From: Paramecium tetraurelia
Taxonomy: Eukaryota
Reading direction: 5' to 3'
Length of the DNA: 64,000 bases
Assembly (NCBI GenBank): GCA_000165425.1
Contig: CT868678.1
Coordinates: 62,001 to 126,000, forward strand
The position numbers and the translations under genes are program-made. The notes beneath the pieces were generated by a model, which saw only the letters and a program-made list of their open reading frames with translations, did no database searches and had not been told where the DNA came from. Shown here piece by piece: positions 25,854 to 38,500 of this stretch. Position 1 is the stretch's first letter. The number at the start of each line of letters is the position of its first letter.

Positions 25854-27909
25854 TCACTTATTAGGTTTTTTATCTTTCTTTTGTACTACAACTACTTAAG
25901 GTTTATCCTCTTAAGCTTTCAACTTGACTTATTATCTGACTTCATCCATCTCTTTGCAATCTTCATCAGAGCTGTCTTCCTCCTTATACACAAACTTTAT
26001 GTTGCCTTCTATTTGTTCATTGATATCTTGCGATATATAACTCTAAATTATTGAATGAATATACTTTTGGATTCAAACATATGAAATCTTCTACCTTATT
26101 ATATCTAGGATTTGTATTGATAGATTCTTCATTTAAAAACTCTTATGTTTTAGATAAGACAGTAAGCATTCTTTCTAAACGAAGTTAAATAGTGGAGGCT
26201 GTTGCTACTAAAGCAGACCTTTTGATTTCGATGTTTTTGGCTTTCATTCCTTTGCCACTTAATTGATACATGATTCTTGATAAGGACATGGTCACTTCAT
26301 CAATGGATTTTTCAACTTTTTTGACTTATTTTTCTTTTTCTGAAAACAAATCTTATTATTTAGTTACATCTCTTTCTAATTCATCTAAATTTATTTGAGC
26401 ATCCAAGATTGAATTCTCTTATTCATATTTCAATTTTTTAATTTCTGCCCTCAATTCATCATTCTATCTTTCGTATCTTTCAATCTCTTTTCCAACATAT
26501 TCTTAAATGTTTTTTAATTCCTTTTAATCTAAATCCATATTTAATTTATATTTCTTCATGATCTCTTAATTTGAAATGCTAGTAACTACTCTTAATTTTT
26601 GGAACATTTATTTCTAATTAGACTATAAACTAATACCTTTTTCTCTAATTCCTATTGTATATCCTATTTTTGCTTATTAATATTTTGAGTTGCATTCTCG
26701 ATCGCCAATTTAGCCTTATCTTTCTGTTCCCCCCTCTTCCTCTTTTCATTATCCTCCTTAATGGCAATAATTTTCTTTTCCCCTTACTACACAATCTCCA
26801 AGGCCTATTCATCGCCACATTTGGATAATTCATCCTCCAGAATTTCCTCCAACATGGGATCAAATCTCCCTCTTAAACTGGCTCCAAAAAAGTTCTGTTA
26901 ACTTTAAAACTCACTTCTATACTTTGCAACAATCTTGGATAAAGATTCTAATTGCTTCTTTCTACTCATCATACTCTACGAAGATGCTTCATATTATTGA
27001 TATTTAATTTTCAACCCATCATAGGTTATTTGACATTACTTTTACACTTCCAATAATAGTTTCCCTTCGTTATCAAATTGAAAATACTTCTTTTTAGATA
27101 CATGTCTCTCAACTTAGCGATTTCATATGATTATTTAGCCATTTTATCTTCCTAGATTTATTCTTTCTCCAGTAACTCTTCTATTGTCTCTTTAACTGTA
27201 TCCTCATTCTACAATACCAAATCGTTCAGCAATTCATCCAGTCTTCTACTCTGTATGATCATTTGCTTGATTTCATACAATAATCTATCTTTGTACAACC
27301 TTTGTTTATTGATTTGTTCCTCCTTCTTCTCGAGAGCATTCTGAACTTTAGGTCGGGATTCCAAGTCCTACAAAGCAGTTACAATTCTCTTATTATGTAA
27401 GTCCTGCAAACTCTTCTATTACTCATTTGCCACATGAACATATAAGTCCTTATAATGATTTTGCACTAAATCCTCGTATTCCTTCTTGATCTCCTCCATC
27501 TATTGCTACTGCAATTCTTATTATGGTTTAGGCTTTTGAGTCTTGTCCTTCTCCTTTTTCCCAGGAGCTAAGGTGAAAATACAGCATACGTAAATATTTT
27601 GTTGTCGCTTATTATAATGCATCTCTAAACAAATCTATCTTTTTTGCTTTTTGAATCGGCTTAGGGGATTGCTGTTGCACTTATTGAGTTTACTTTTAGT
27701 TAGCATTTTTGGTCGCATTCTAATTGTTGCTCAATTGAGGTAGTTTCGAATTCGAGTTTTGAGTCTTTTGTTGCAACTGATATATATTCATTTCTTACTT
27801 CCTTTTAAGGCTTATTGATTGCCTACTCAGGTTGTTTGCTAACATTAATCTTAGGCTATAAAAATTGAGGAGGGGCAGTCAAATCAAATGTAGAACCTGC
27901 ATCAATCAT
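25854..27909 (-). CDS. Hypothetical coiled-coil protein
   Basis: Starts MIDAGSTFDLTAPPQF; long E/K/Q-rich helical frame with several tiny introns; TGA 25854-25856. Confidence 0.7.
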
Positions 27910-28009
27910 TTTATAAATTATAATATTGTGAATAATTTGATGGATTCCTCCATTCATTGACAAATATACATATATGCTAGTATTAATATTACTAATTTAA
28001 TATCCTCAA

Positions 28010-29293
28010 TCAATTTTTTTTGTCAAGAAATGCTTAAACTAGTTCTTCGATCATTAGATTTTAGTTCTCTTCAACAAATTGCTACGCTTAAGAATTATGG
28101 ATTCCCAAGATTTCTGTAAGCTTATTTATCTTCTATAATTTCGAATCATTTATAGTAGCTATATATTATGGACATACTCATTACCATTAAATTTAGCATC
28201 CTTCTGGGTTATTGTAGATGGTCTTTCATTTTTTTCAATATTATTCTTCACGAATAAACAAAAGCACACTTTTTATCCAAAAAACTCTGGCCTATTCCCG
28301 TTAAAATGTGCCAACTAAATAAATATTGGAAAATGCTTACTTTAAATTCATTACTGACATTATTAACCTCATAGACTGGTGGATTCAAAACATATGAAAA
28401 CAATCCTTCTTCCTATGGTTTCACATCATTTTATAACTAAAATTCCATCATATATTTAATGTACTTCTATCTTTAAGTCCTTATATGTTCCAGCTATACC
28501 AACTAACTTAACAGCGCCTTTCTTCCAAATAACATTGCCATCATTTTTTAAATGTACTTCCCATTTGTAAGGCTTCCCAATCTCCATTTAAATTTCATTG
28601 TTCTATTTATAAATAACTTGCATCTTGTATTATGGGTTTATTGGGTTCTCCTTTTAAACTTACGGCTTCTTATTATTTACAATGATTCCGTGAAACACTA
28701 ATCTTTCATCTACTTACTCGATGATGAACTTTTTGAATTCTTCATTATTGCAATCAACATCCTGTAAAGAAAGCTTGTTAATCTGTTAAATTATCCTTAA
28801 AATAGCATAAATTAGTTTACTATTATGTAAATCCTTCAGCAACATTATTTTATTACTCCTGAGTATTAATTTACTTTATTTCTTATTTCTCCTCTTTTGG
28901 TTGATCAGCTACCTTTTTCTAGAGTATATCATCAAATTATGACAATTGCACATTCTACTTTATAACTACACTTTAGTTTAGAGCGTTGATATCATCTGCT
29001 GTCAATTAAGGATTGTTGATGTCCTTGACTATAAACTTAATTGATTGCCATCCTAAATGAGTATATAAGTCCTTTACTCTAGAAAAAAACTATTCATCCT
29101 GCAATTAGTAAGGAGGTTGAGCTACAAATGATTTTAAATATTTACTTTAATCCAAAGTAGCATATATAGTAAATCCATTCTGAAGCTCATTAGGGTAAAC
29201 ATTTAAGATAGCACCTCTAACTTCAGCCAGAGTTTGATTTTTTTTTGAGGAGATCTTATGTGTCTTTTAGTTGTAAACGAACTTTATATTCAT
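28010..29293 (-). CDS. NBR1-like protein (PB1-like N-terminus, FW/Ig-like domain, C-terminal UBA/CUE-like helices)
   Basis: MNIKFVYNQKTHKI (PB1-like), WEVHLKNDGNVIWKKGAVKLVGIAG and FQLAHFNGNRPEFFGQKV (FW-domain-like), and a short helical C-terminus KINKLTEILG...IEELVQAFLD. TGA 28010-28012. Confidence 0.6.
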
Positions 29294-29755
29294 TATAATA
29301 ATTATTAAATGTTTAGGTTAAGTTTTTATATACAATGTTTTAATATTATGTAGAATGGAGAATAAATGAATTTCTTTTATAAGAATCTGCCAAAATGCGT
29401 TAAGAATTGTATTTATAGAAAAACTTTAGATGCTCATTAATAAGCTATGCTTAAAAAACTGATTAGAGTAGTTAATACTTTTTGTATAACTTAAAAAAAT
29501 AACATCATTAGAATTATTAGTCTTATTTATTGAACGATTTAGAAGGAGGTTAAAATTGATACAGATTTGTAATCGAAGAAAGTATGTTTCCATCTTAATA
29601 GAATGAATAAACGTCTCTAAAAACAAGGTTAAAATTATAGGTTATGTCGAAAACAGTTAGTTGAATTGGTGAGATTGAGTTATTGTTGTAAATTGAGAAA
29701 TTGGATTATATTATGATTATATAAATATTATATATATTATTATAATAAAATAAAA

Positions 29756-31921
29756 ATGATCAAAAATATTCTGCTTACTTGCTTCTATGGGATTATTGTT
29801 ATCTTAAGTTTGATTTTAATTTACGTTCAAAGAAAAATCAAAAGATTAAGGCATAACCCTGGCCAAATTATCTTTGCAATTCTTGTTTCTCAATGTGTAC
29901 ATTTAATAATACTAATTAGATTATGAGTCTCTTTATTGTGTTCAGTCAATTTTATAATGTCGAAGATTCTTAAGATTAATAGGAATATATGTTATCAATC
30001 AATGAAAGCATTTGTAAATTAATTGCAGCGCCGTCTTTGATGGTCTCACTTATTTACAATTTATTGAATATATTACTGATAGTGAACCTCTATTGCTAAA
30101 TATATGCTAAGAATTATGATGAAATCAATATACAAAAAGAAATCAAGATAGGAATACTAGTAGTGACATTTACATCTTTGTTACTTGTGCTGGTATTTGA
30201 TGAATTAGGTTTTAGGTATAAATAATACATTGACTAGTATTTTAGGAGATTGCAACTTAGAATCACACAATGTTTTTGCAACATTTTTGGTCTATCTAAG
30301 GAGCGTTCTTATTATAATTTTATCTACAATGTTAATTAAATTGTTAAAGTACCCACCAGAGATCTTGTAAACAGAAATTTATAAAACCGTTATTGATAAG
30401 TTCATAAAGAAGTACCTACAAACCTACATCAAAGTAAATGTGGCTTATGGACTGCTATACGTGTTCGCCAGATTGTTGATTGTATAATTAATCGCCATAA
30501 TCTATTAGCCAGTCGTAATTAATTACTTTGAGAGCGATCAAAAATTTACATCTGTTTGCCAATTCATCCAGGTGATTGCTACTTTAATAATGACTATAAT
30601 CCGATTGCATGAACCTATAATCCATAGGCACTTTAGACATTTATTTCTTCCAAAAAAATTGGTGTTGCATCAGAGACTGCTTGAAAAGAATTTTGACGAA
30701 AAGGAAGATACTCTCCAAAGGTCTTATGACAATATAAAGATTGAGACTATTGGACAAGACATAAACAGCATCGGAATTAAGTTGTACAGGTAAAAAAAGA
30801 GCAATTCAATTTTATTGTCCTTGGAATAGTTTTAGCCTCTTTAATTGTTGCCTCAAGAATCAACTTATGAAGATCCATAATAGTATTTAGTGAGCATTTA
30901 ACATCAGGGTCATAATCAATTGAGTTTATTTTTATAGGCAAGTTATGAGATGTTTGAAGAGTATCAATATTGTTAAAATGATGAGATGACCAGTTTTTCA
31001 TTTAACAAAATGTAATAGAAATCTATTCAAATAAACCATCATGATCTTTTGATTACAACTTATGGTTAAGATATTCTGAGTTACAAATTGAGAGAATACT
31101 TTGGCATTACTTTGAAATAAATAAAGAAATCATTAGACAAAGAATAGAATATAGAATGTCTGAAATAAGAAGAAGTTAATTATGTAGGAACTCTGTTTTT
31201 AACGCATGATAATTTGATTTCCATGGAATTTATAACAAATGAGCAGAAAAGACAATTAACTAAAGGTGGAGGGATGTAACAATTGTGGTCAAGATATGAG
31301 TAGGAGTTTATATGTGAGTTGGGAATCTTCTTGCCAGTAATAATAGGTTTGCATTCTTATTATCTCGATGATAATTATTATACTTTGGTATTTAAATTGA
31401 ATAGATTTAAATTGAAATACCCCTTAATTGAGGAGCAATGGTCACAATAGTTTGTCTTAAATAGGTTAATTTCTTAAAATATCATTGGCTGGATAACCAT
31501 TGACAATGGAATTTATAATAAGAGATTTCTAGCAAGAGAAGTTTCAGATGAGAATTATAAGATTTTACTTAAAAGGAGTGACTATTTAATTGATGAAAAT
31601 GATAAATACTCTCTCATAGATATGATAAAACGAGATTACGTCACTTTATAATAAATGAAATGCTCGATGACAATTCATTTTATATTTACAAAGCATACAT
31701 CATCAAGATTGAAGACTCTAGTAAGAAAGGAGAAATTAATTGATTAAGATTAATCGATTGAAACATAACCTAAACGACAATCCAATTCTTATATTGGACA
31801 AATGGCATCTTTTGAATTGAAGACAAAATTAGGATACGTTGAAGTATTTTGGGATGATTGTTGGAAATATTGTGATTCAAACATTGATAAAGTTTTGGAA
31901 ATCATCAATAATAAATTCTGA
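29756..31921 (+). CDS. 7TM (GPCR-like) protein fused to a degenerate PIP-kinase domain
   Basis: Seven hydrophobic segments with a Cys at the start of TM3 (SICKLIA) and in ECL2 (LGDC). The C-terminal half has PIPK-like TTYGQDILSYKLREYFGIT, TLFLTHDNLISMEFIT, LPVIIGLHS and LIDMIKRDYVTL. Two introns of 22-23 nt; TGA 31919-31921. Confidence 0.72.
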
Positions 31922-32565
31922 TAGTTATTTTTAGAAATAATAAATATTATTAAAATTTGCTTAATCGTTGATTAGTTTCGAAATCATTAAAAAGAATATT
32001 ATATTTTTTATTTATTGTGATCAATTTAATTAAGTAACTTAATTGTTCAACTAAAATATTTTTTTAAGTAAAAGAACTAAATGTAGAATATTTTAGAAAA
32101 ATAAAAGGATTGGATAAAAGTTGAGATTAAATCTACAGATAAAGATATAACTTTCTTGAAGGACTCAGAAAATAAATGTAGTATTCATTCTCTAAAAAGA
32201 ACTGGCCAAAAATATAAGACTTTAATTATTGTAATTTTACACAAAATAGATTAAAAATTTAACTTTAATCATAAAGCTCACTTTACGCTTGAATTCCTCT
32301 TATAGTATTAATAAAAATAGTGAATCAATAGATGGTATTTTCTAAATAAGACATCTTATTGCTTTATAGAGATATGGCTGAATGGATTAAGAATTTCAAT
32401 AAAAATCTAAGGCTGAGTCCTTGTTACCTCTTCAGATTATGAATGACATGTAATTTACTTAAGGGAATTATACTGAATTGCTTATTCTAAGTTGATGATT
32501 TAATATTTGTTATGTAAAACAATCTTAATAATTTAACAATAATTATAACATATATATAAAAAGGA

Positions 32566-34012
32566 ATGTCTCTGAAAGATTTTTAACTTCTCTCTAAATT
32601 AGGTATGTTGCATGTAATGGATATTATTAGGAGAGGGAGCTTATTCATCTGTGTACAAAGTGAAAAGATTGGAAGACTCTTAAGAATATGCTTTAAAGAA
32701 AGTGAAATTATAGAACTTGAATGATAAAGAAAAATAAAATGCTATGAATGAAGTTCGCATATTAGCCTCTATCAAACACCCTAATATTATAAGTTATAAA
32801 GAAGCTTTTATTGATATCAAAAGTAATTCATTATGGTAAAATCTATAATAATTTACTGTTAGTATTGTGATGGAATTTGCAGACGGTAGTGATTTATACT
32901 AGAAAATTGTTAACTCCAAAAAAAATGGAAAATAGATAGAGGAACAAATAATTTGGAATATTTTTATATAAATAGTGAGAGGATTGAAAGCATTACATGA
33001 ATTAAAAATTTTACATAGAGATCTAAAAGTATAAAATACAATATTATAAAGAGCGCAAATGTGTTTTTGTATTAGAATGGTGATGTAAAATTGGGAGATA
33101 TGAATGTTTCCAAAGTTTTAGAAAAGGGATTGTCGTACACTCAAACAGGAACACCCTTTTATGCAAGTCCAGAAGTATGGAAGGACCAGCCTTATGATCA
33201 GAAATCAGATATCTGGAGTTTGGGGTGTGTTGTGTATGAGATGGCATCTCTAAAACCTCCTTTTCAGGCAGATGGCATGGAAGAATTATATAAGAGAGTT
33301 ATAAGGGGATATTATCCTAGAATTTCATAAAATTATTCTCAAGATCTTAGCAACGTAATAAGGTCAATGTTGTAAGTGTAACCCCATTTGAGACCAAATT
33401 GCGACAAATTATTATAATTTCCATCTCTTTTGAAAAGATAGGACGATATGCCAAAACAAGAATAGACAGATAACGAACCTAATACATTGTTGTCAACTAT
33501 CAAATTCCCCAAGAATTACCATTATTTTACATCAATGTTGCCTAAGCCTTGTTATGAGTGTGTTAATAGAAAATAAATTAAATCATTGCATTCCCAATAA
33601 GCCAGTCCCAATCCAAGATCGCTGATGAGTGTGAATGGCAGTTATGAGGATGTAACTAGTTAACAGACTATTGAGAAAAAAGAACCGATTACCAATAACC
33701 GTAAGGCTTAACCAGATGTGTTATTGATCTTAGAATAATATAACAAAGTATGGAACTTCGATTCAATAACAATAGCAATTAAGGAAACCAGTCATGAAGG
33801 TCAGACCGAATAGACATCAAAGCTAGGAGGAGGTGAGCGTATTGGAAGTGATAACTCAACATCAATCCAAACTATCCTTGGAGAACAATAGATTGCCCAT
33901 GCTTGAGGAAGTTTCTCCTTTAAAGAGAAAAGCTAAGCCTAATAAACATAGAAACCAAAGTTTACCAAATGCAAATTTACTCCCACTTATATAAGCTGGT
34001 GTATTAAAATGA
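32566..34012 (+). CDS. NIMA-related (NEK) Ser/Thr kinase
   Basis: LGEGAYSSVY, YALKKV, NEVRILASIKHPNII, HRDLKSANVF, LGDMNVSK, TGTPFYASPEVW, SDIWSLGC. Four introns; TGA 34010-34012. Confidence 0.95.
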
Positions 34013-34036
34013 AATATTATAATTAATTATTTTACC

Positions 34037-35379
34037 ATGATTCATAATCAGAACAGAAATCCAATTTCTGATCCATATGCGCTTGAAGATTAGCTCGCTC
34101 GGGAATTATAAAAGAGAAAAGTTGAGGAAGAAAAAAGAAGGAGAGAAATTGAAAGAATCTGTGCTGAAAGTGAGGAAATCAAATTGTTAAAATAAAAAGT
34201 ACAAACAGCATATGTCACCAAAGAGAGAACACAATAATTAGCAGAATAACAATTAAGAAGAATTTAAGACTTGGTATGTTTAGACAGTTATATTTTATTA
34301 CATAGAGATTAGAAAGCGAAATTGAGACAGCCATTCTTGAAAAACTAAAAAGAGAATAGGAGGAAGAGAGAGCTAAAGAAAAATACCGTTTGCATTAAAG
34401 GTTAGAGGGGAAATATGTACAATATTATAACATATAAATTATAGACATTATAAAAGTAAATGAAAGAACATGAATAATTAAGAGAGGAGGCAAAAGAACA
34501 ATACGTTTATGAAAAGGATCAAGTGAACAGAGTGATTAATTAATTGATGTAGGAGGATCGTAAATTTTTGGAAGATTCAGCAAGAAAAAAGAAAATTGCT
34601 TTTTCTGATATGCAAGTAGCTTTGAGGGAAAAAGCAGAGCTCATACAAAGAATGAAGCAGAGGGAAAGGGATGAAAATTAAAAATACTTAGATTTCATTA
34701 AAGAAAAGGATAGACAGGCTCATGAAATAAAGGTAAAGAAGTAAGAAGAAAATGCGGCTAAGTATTGTTTTGGATCTAATGTAGAGATAAGATCTTCTAA
34801 AAGTTGAAGGAAGAGGAGGAGAGAAGAAAGTAGGAGGCAGAATTGTTGACAGAATTAAGGTTTTAACTCTACTAAGAATAATATGATGCTTAATAGAGAT
34901 AAAAGGATATTGATGAGGCAAATAAAAGAGAATTTTAGAAAAGGGAAATGCAGTAAGCTGAATATGAAGCGAGAGTCAGAAAGTAAAAGCAGAAAGAGGA
35001 AGAATAATAATTAGAAAGAGATTTTAGAGATCAAATGATGAGAAAATTCGCTGAGGATGATAAGATTGAATAATTAGGATAATAGAAAAGAAGAATGAAA
35101 GAGATGGAGCATAAAAAAGAAGTGGAGAGACTATGGCAATAAAGATTATAATTGTTTTAAATGGAGAAGCAAAAGGAGATGGAATAATTGGAAAGATAAA
35201 GAAGAGAAGAATTATATAAACAATAAGTAATAGAGGAGGAGAAGAATAGAATTCTATAAGACCATTTGTAATAGGTTGGAGAGTTTATTCCAAAAGGCTT
35301 ATTGTTAAAATAGGGAGATACACAATATATTAAATAGTCATAACCAAATGGAAGTTATTAGTCTGGATTTAGATTTTGA
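34037..35379 (+). CDS. MNS1: MNS1-like trichoplein-homology coiled-coil axonemal protein
   Basis: ERICAESEEIKLLKQKVQTAYVTKERTQQLAE and C-terminal EEEKNRILQDHLQQVGEFIPKG match MNS1 signatures. TGA 35377-35379. Confidence 0.8.
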
Positions 35380-35584
35380 TATTAATAAATTTTATCTAAA
35401 ATTAAATTCCTAATTTTATTTGGCAAAAATCTATTGTTTTAATAATCAAATTGAACCATCCAGAGGAAATTGAATCAGATTTTCATATTTTATGTAAATC
35501 AACATAAATTTTACAACTTATCAATAGTTTTCGTAAGATTCTTTTAAAAATTTTCATTATTAAACAAAATAATATACTTTATAA

Positions 35585-38500
35585 ATGAAAAGAAGAGGAT
35601 TATTTTTAATATGCATTTTACCACTCTGTAAAGATATAAACAATATTAAGTGTGCTCGGCATGCCCGAGTGGTAAATATCAATCACCTTCGGGGGGAGGC
35701 TGTAGTAATAATTGCATGGCATCTTGTACAACATGTTCTGATGGAACAACTTGTGATACATGCAGCGGTGCAAACCAATATTTATCTTTACCAAGCCAAA
35801 CATGCACAAGTTGTCCAACTGGTTGTTTGACCTGCGACTCTTTTAGCTGTCTATCTTGTACTACAGGATATTACCTTTCAACAATATGCATCTAATGCTC
35901 AACTCCATGTAGCACATGTTCATCCTCAACAAATTGCTCTGCTTGCAATTCTGGTTATTATTTATCCGGATCATCATGCCTTTCCTGTACTTCACCAAGT
36001 ACATATTGTGGAAGTCCATGCAGTTGTAGTAGTGGATACTATTTAGTTGGTTCATGTTGTTATCCATGTTAATCACCTTGTGCGTAGTGTTCAGGTTCTG
36101 CTACTTCTTGCACAGCTTGTGTTGATCCGACAAATTAATCAACTCCCTCTTGCAATTGCAACTTGCCAACAAAATATCTAGACTACCTTAACAATTATTA
36201 ATGCTCCAATTGTGTTTCTCCTTGTCTTAATTGTAGCTCATCTTCATCATGTAGTAGCTGCATAAATACCTACTACTTACAAGTAACATCTTGCTACCCT
36301 TGTACAAGTCCATGTGTTAATTGTAGTACTTCATCAACAAATTGCACATCCTGTATTGATTCAGCACATTAAAGTACTCCAAGCTGTTAATGCTCATCTG
36401 GATATTTAATGAATACTTCTACTCATATGTGTAATGCATGTACCTTTCCATGCTTAACATGTCAAAATTCAGTGAGTGAATGCCATAGTTGTGCTTCAAC
36501 ATATTAATATGATTCAACTGCCCATACTTGTACTTGCTTAACCAATTAATATGAAGACAGTGGATCACCTAAAACTTGTTAAAACTGTTAATCGCCATGT
36601 TTGACATGCTCAAGCAATGTTAATTGCAATTCATGTATAAGTGGAATAAATAGACATCTATCAGGAAGTAGTTGTATTTGTGATGATGGTTATTATGATA
36701 ATGCTGGAGTATGTACTTTATGTTCATTACCTTGTACAAAATGCACTTCACCAACAGTTTGTACAGAATGCTATTAAATATCCTATTAAGTGTTAAGTGA
36801 TTGTCATTGCATGAATACTTACTATATGGATGCTACATTTACCTGTTAATCATGTATTAGTCCGTGTCTTAACTGTTCAAGTAATAGTGTTTGCACATCT
36901 TGCATTGATAATTACTATTTAGACACTACTAACTGCGTTTAATGTACATTACCCTGTTTCAATTGTGTTGACATAGATACTAAATGTACATCATGTGCAC
37001 ACCCTCAATAAACAGTTTAAAGTAATTAATGTGTATGTGATGATGGATATTATATGGATGTTTCTTATTATTGTTAATTATGTACATATCCTTGTTCTAA
37101 ATGTACAAATACAAGTACATAATGTACAGATTGTGCTAGTACATTTATATCAAGTGGATCAAATAGTTGTATTTGTGCTGATGGAAAATATGAAGAAACA
37201 ACAAATTCGCCTAGTGATTGTTAAACTTGTACTTCACCATGTGTTAAATGTGAAATAACATCTATTCATTGTTTAACATGTATTGATACTAATTAAAGTG
37301 TTGATCCATCATCATATTAATGTATATGTAATATAGGTTGGGTTGCAAATGGAAACTATTGTGATTAATGTTTATCACCTTGTACATCATGTTCAGGAAC
37401 AACAACTTATTGTACAGCTTGCAAAGATGCTCATCATTAAATAGTAAGTGGATAATGCATATGTGAATCAGGATGGGTAAATGATGCAAATTATGATTGT
37501 TAACCATGTGTATCCCCTTGTAGTTCATGTTCAATTAATACAACTCATTGTGATTCATGTTTAGATATACATCATATTATTAATGCTAGTTATTAATGCA
37601 TTTGTTAAGATACATATTATTCAGATACTATATCACATTGTGAACCATGTGTATTACCTTGTGCAAATTGTGATATAAATGGATGTCTAACTTGTATAGA
37701 TACCAATTAATATATTGATTCTAATTTAGATTGTGTTTGTAATAATGGTTATTATATGGATACAGTTAATTGTTCACTATGTTAATTACCTTGTGTATAT
37801 TGTACAACACTTTTAGATTGCTTAACTTGTATTGATGCTAATTAAAGTATTGTAGGTGATAGATGTGTATGTAATGATGGTTATTATGCAAATGGAAATT
37901 ATTGTAATTAATGTTAACTACCATGTACTAAATGTGTAACTACATAAAATACTTGTACACAATGTGTAGATCCTAATCATTTACTCATTAATAATAATTG
38001 CGTTTGTAAACCTGGATATGGATAATCTGGATTGAATGGTAATTATTGTTCCATCTGTTAATATCCATGTTTAGAATGTTCAATTAATATCAATACTTGT
38101 ACTAAATGTGTTGATCAAAATTTATTTAAACTAGAAAATAATCAGTGTTAATGTCAAGAAGGATATTATAAAGATAATAATAATTAATGTCAAATATGTG
38201 CTCCTTAATGCAAAACTTGCGAAGAATTTTTAGATTATTGTTTGATTTGTAAAGATGATTCTTTTATTTTAATTAATAATTAATGTTCTTGCAACTCGGG
38301 TTATTTTTTAAATAATTAAAATAATTGTTAAGCATGCATAGAATACTGCTTATAATGCAATGATTAAATTAGTTGTGAAGTTTGCAAAGATGGTTACTTT
38401 TATGAATCCATGGTATGCAATAAATGCAGTAATAATTGTAAGACTTGCTTAAATTAAAATGATTTTTGTTAAAGTTGTAACAACAATTATGATCTAAATA

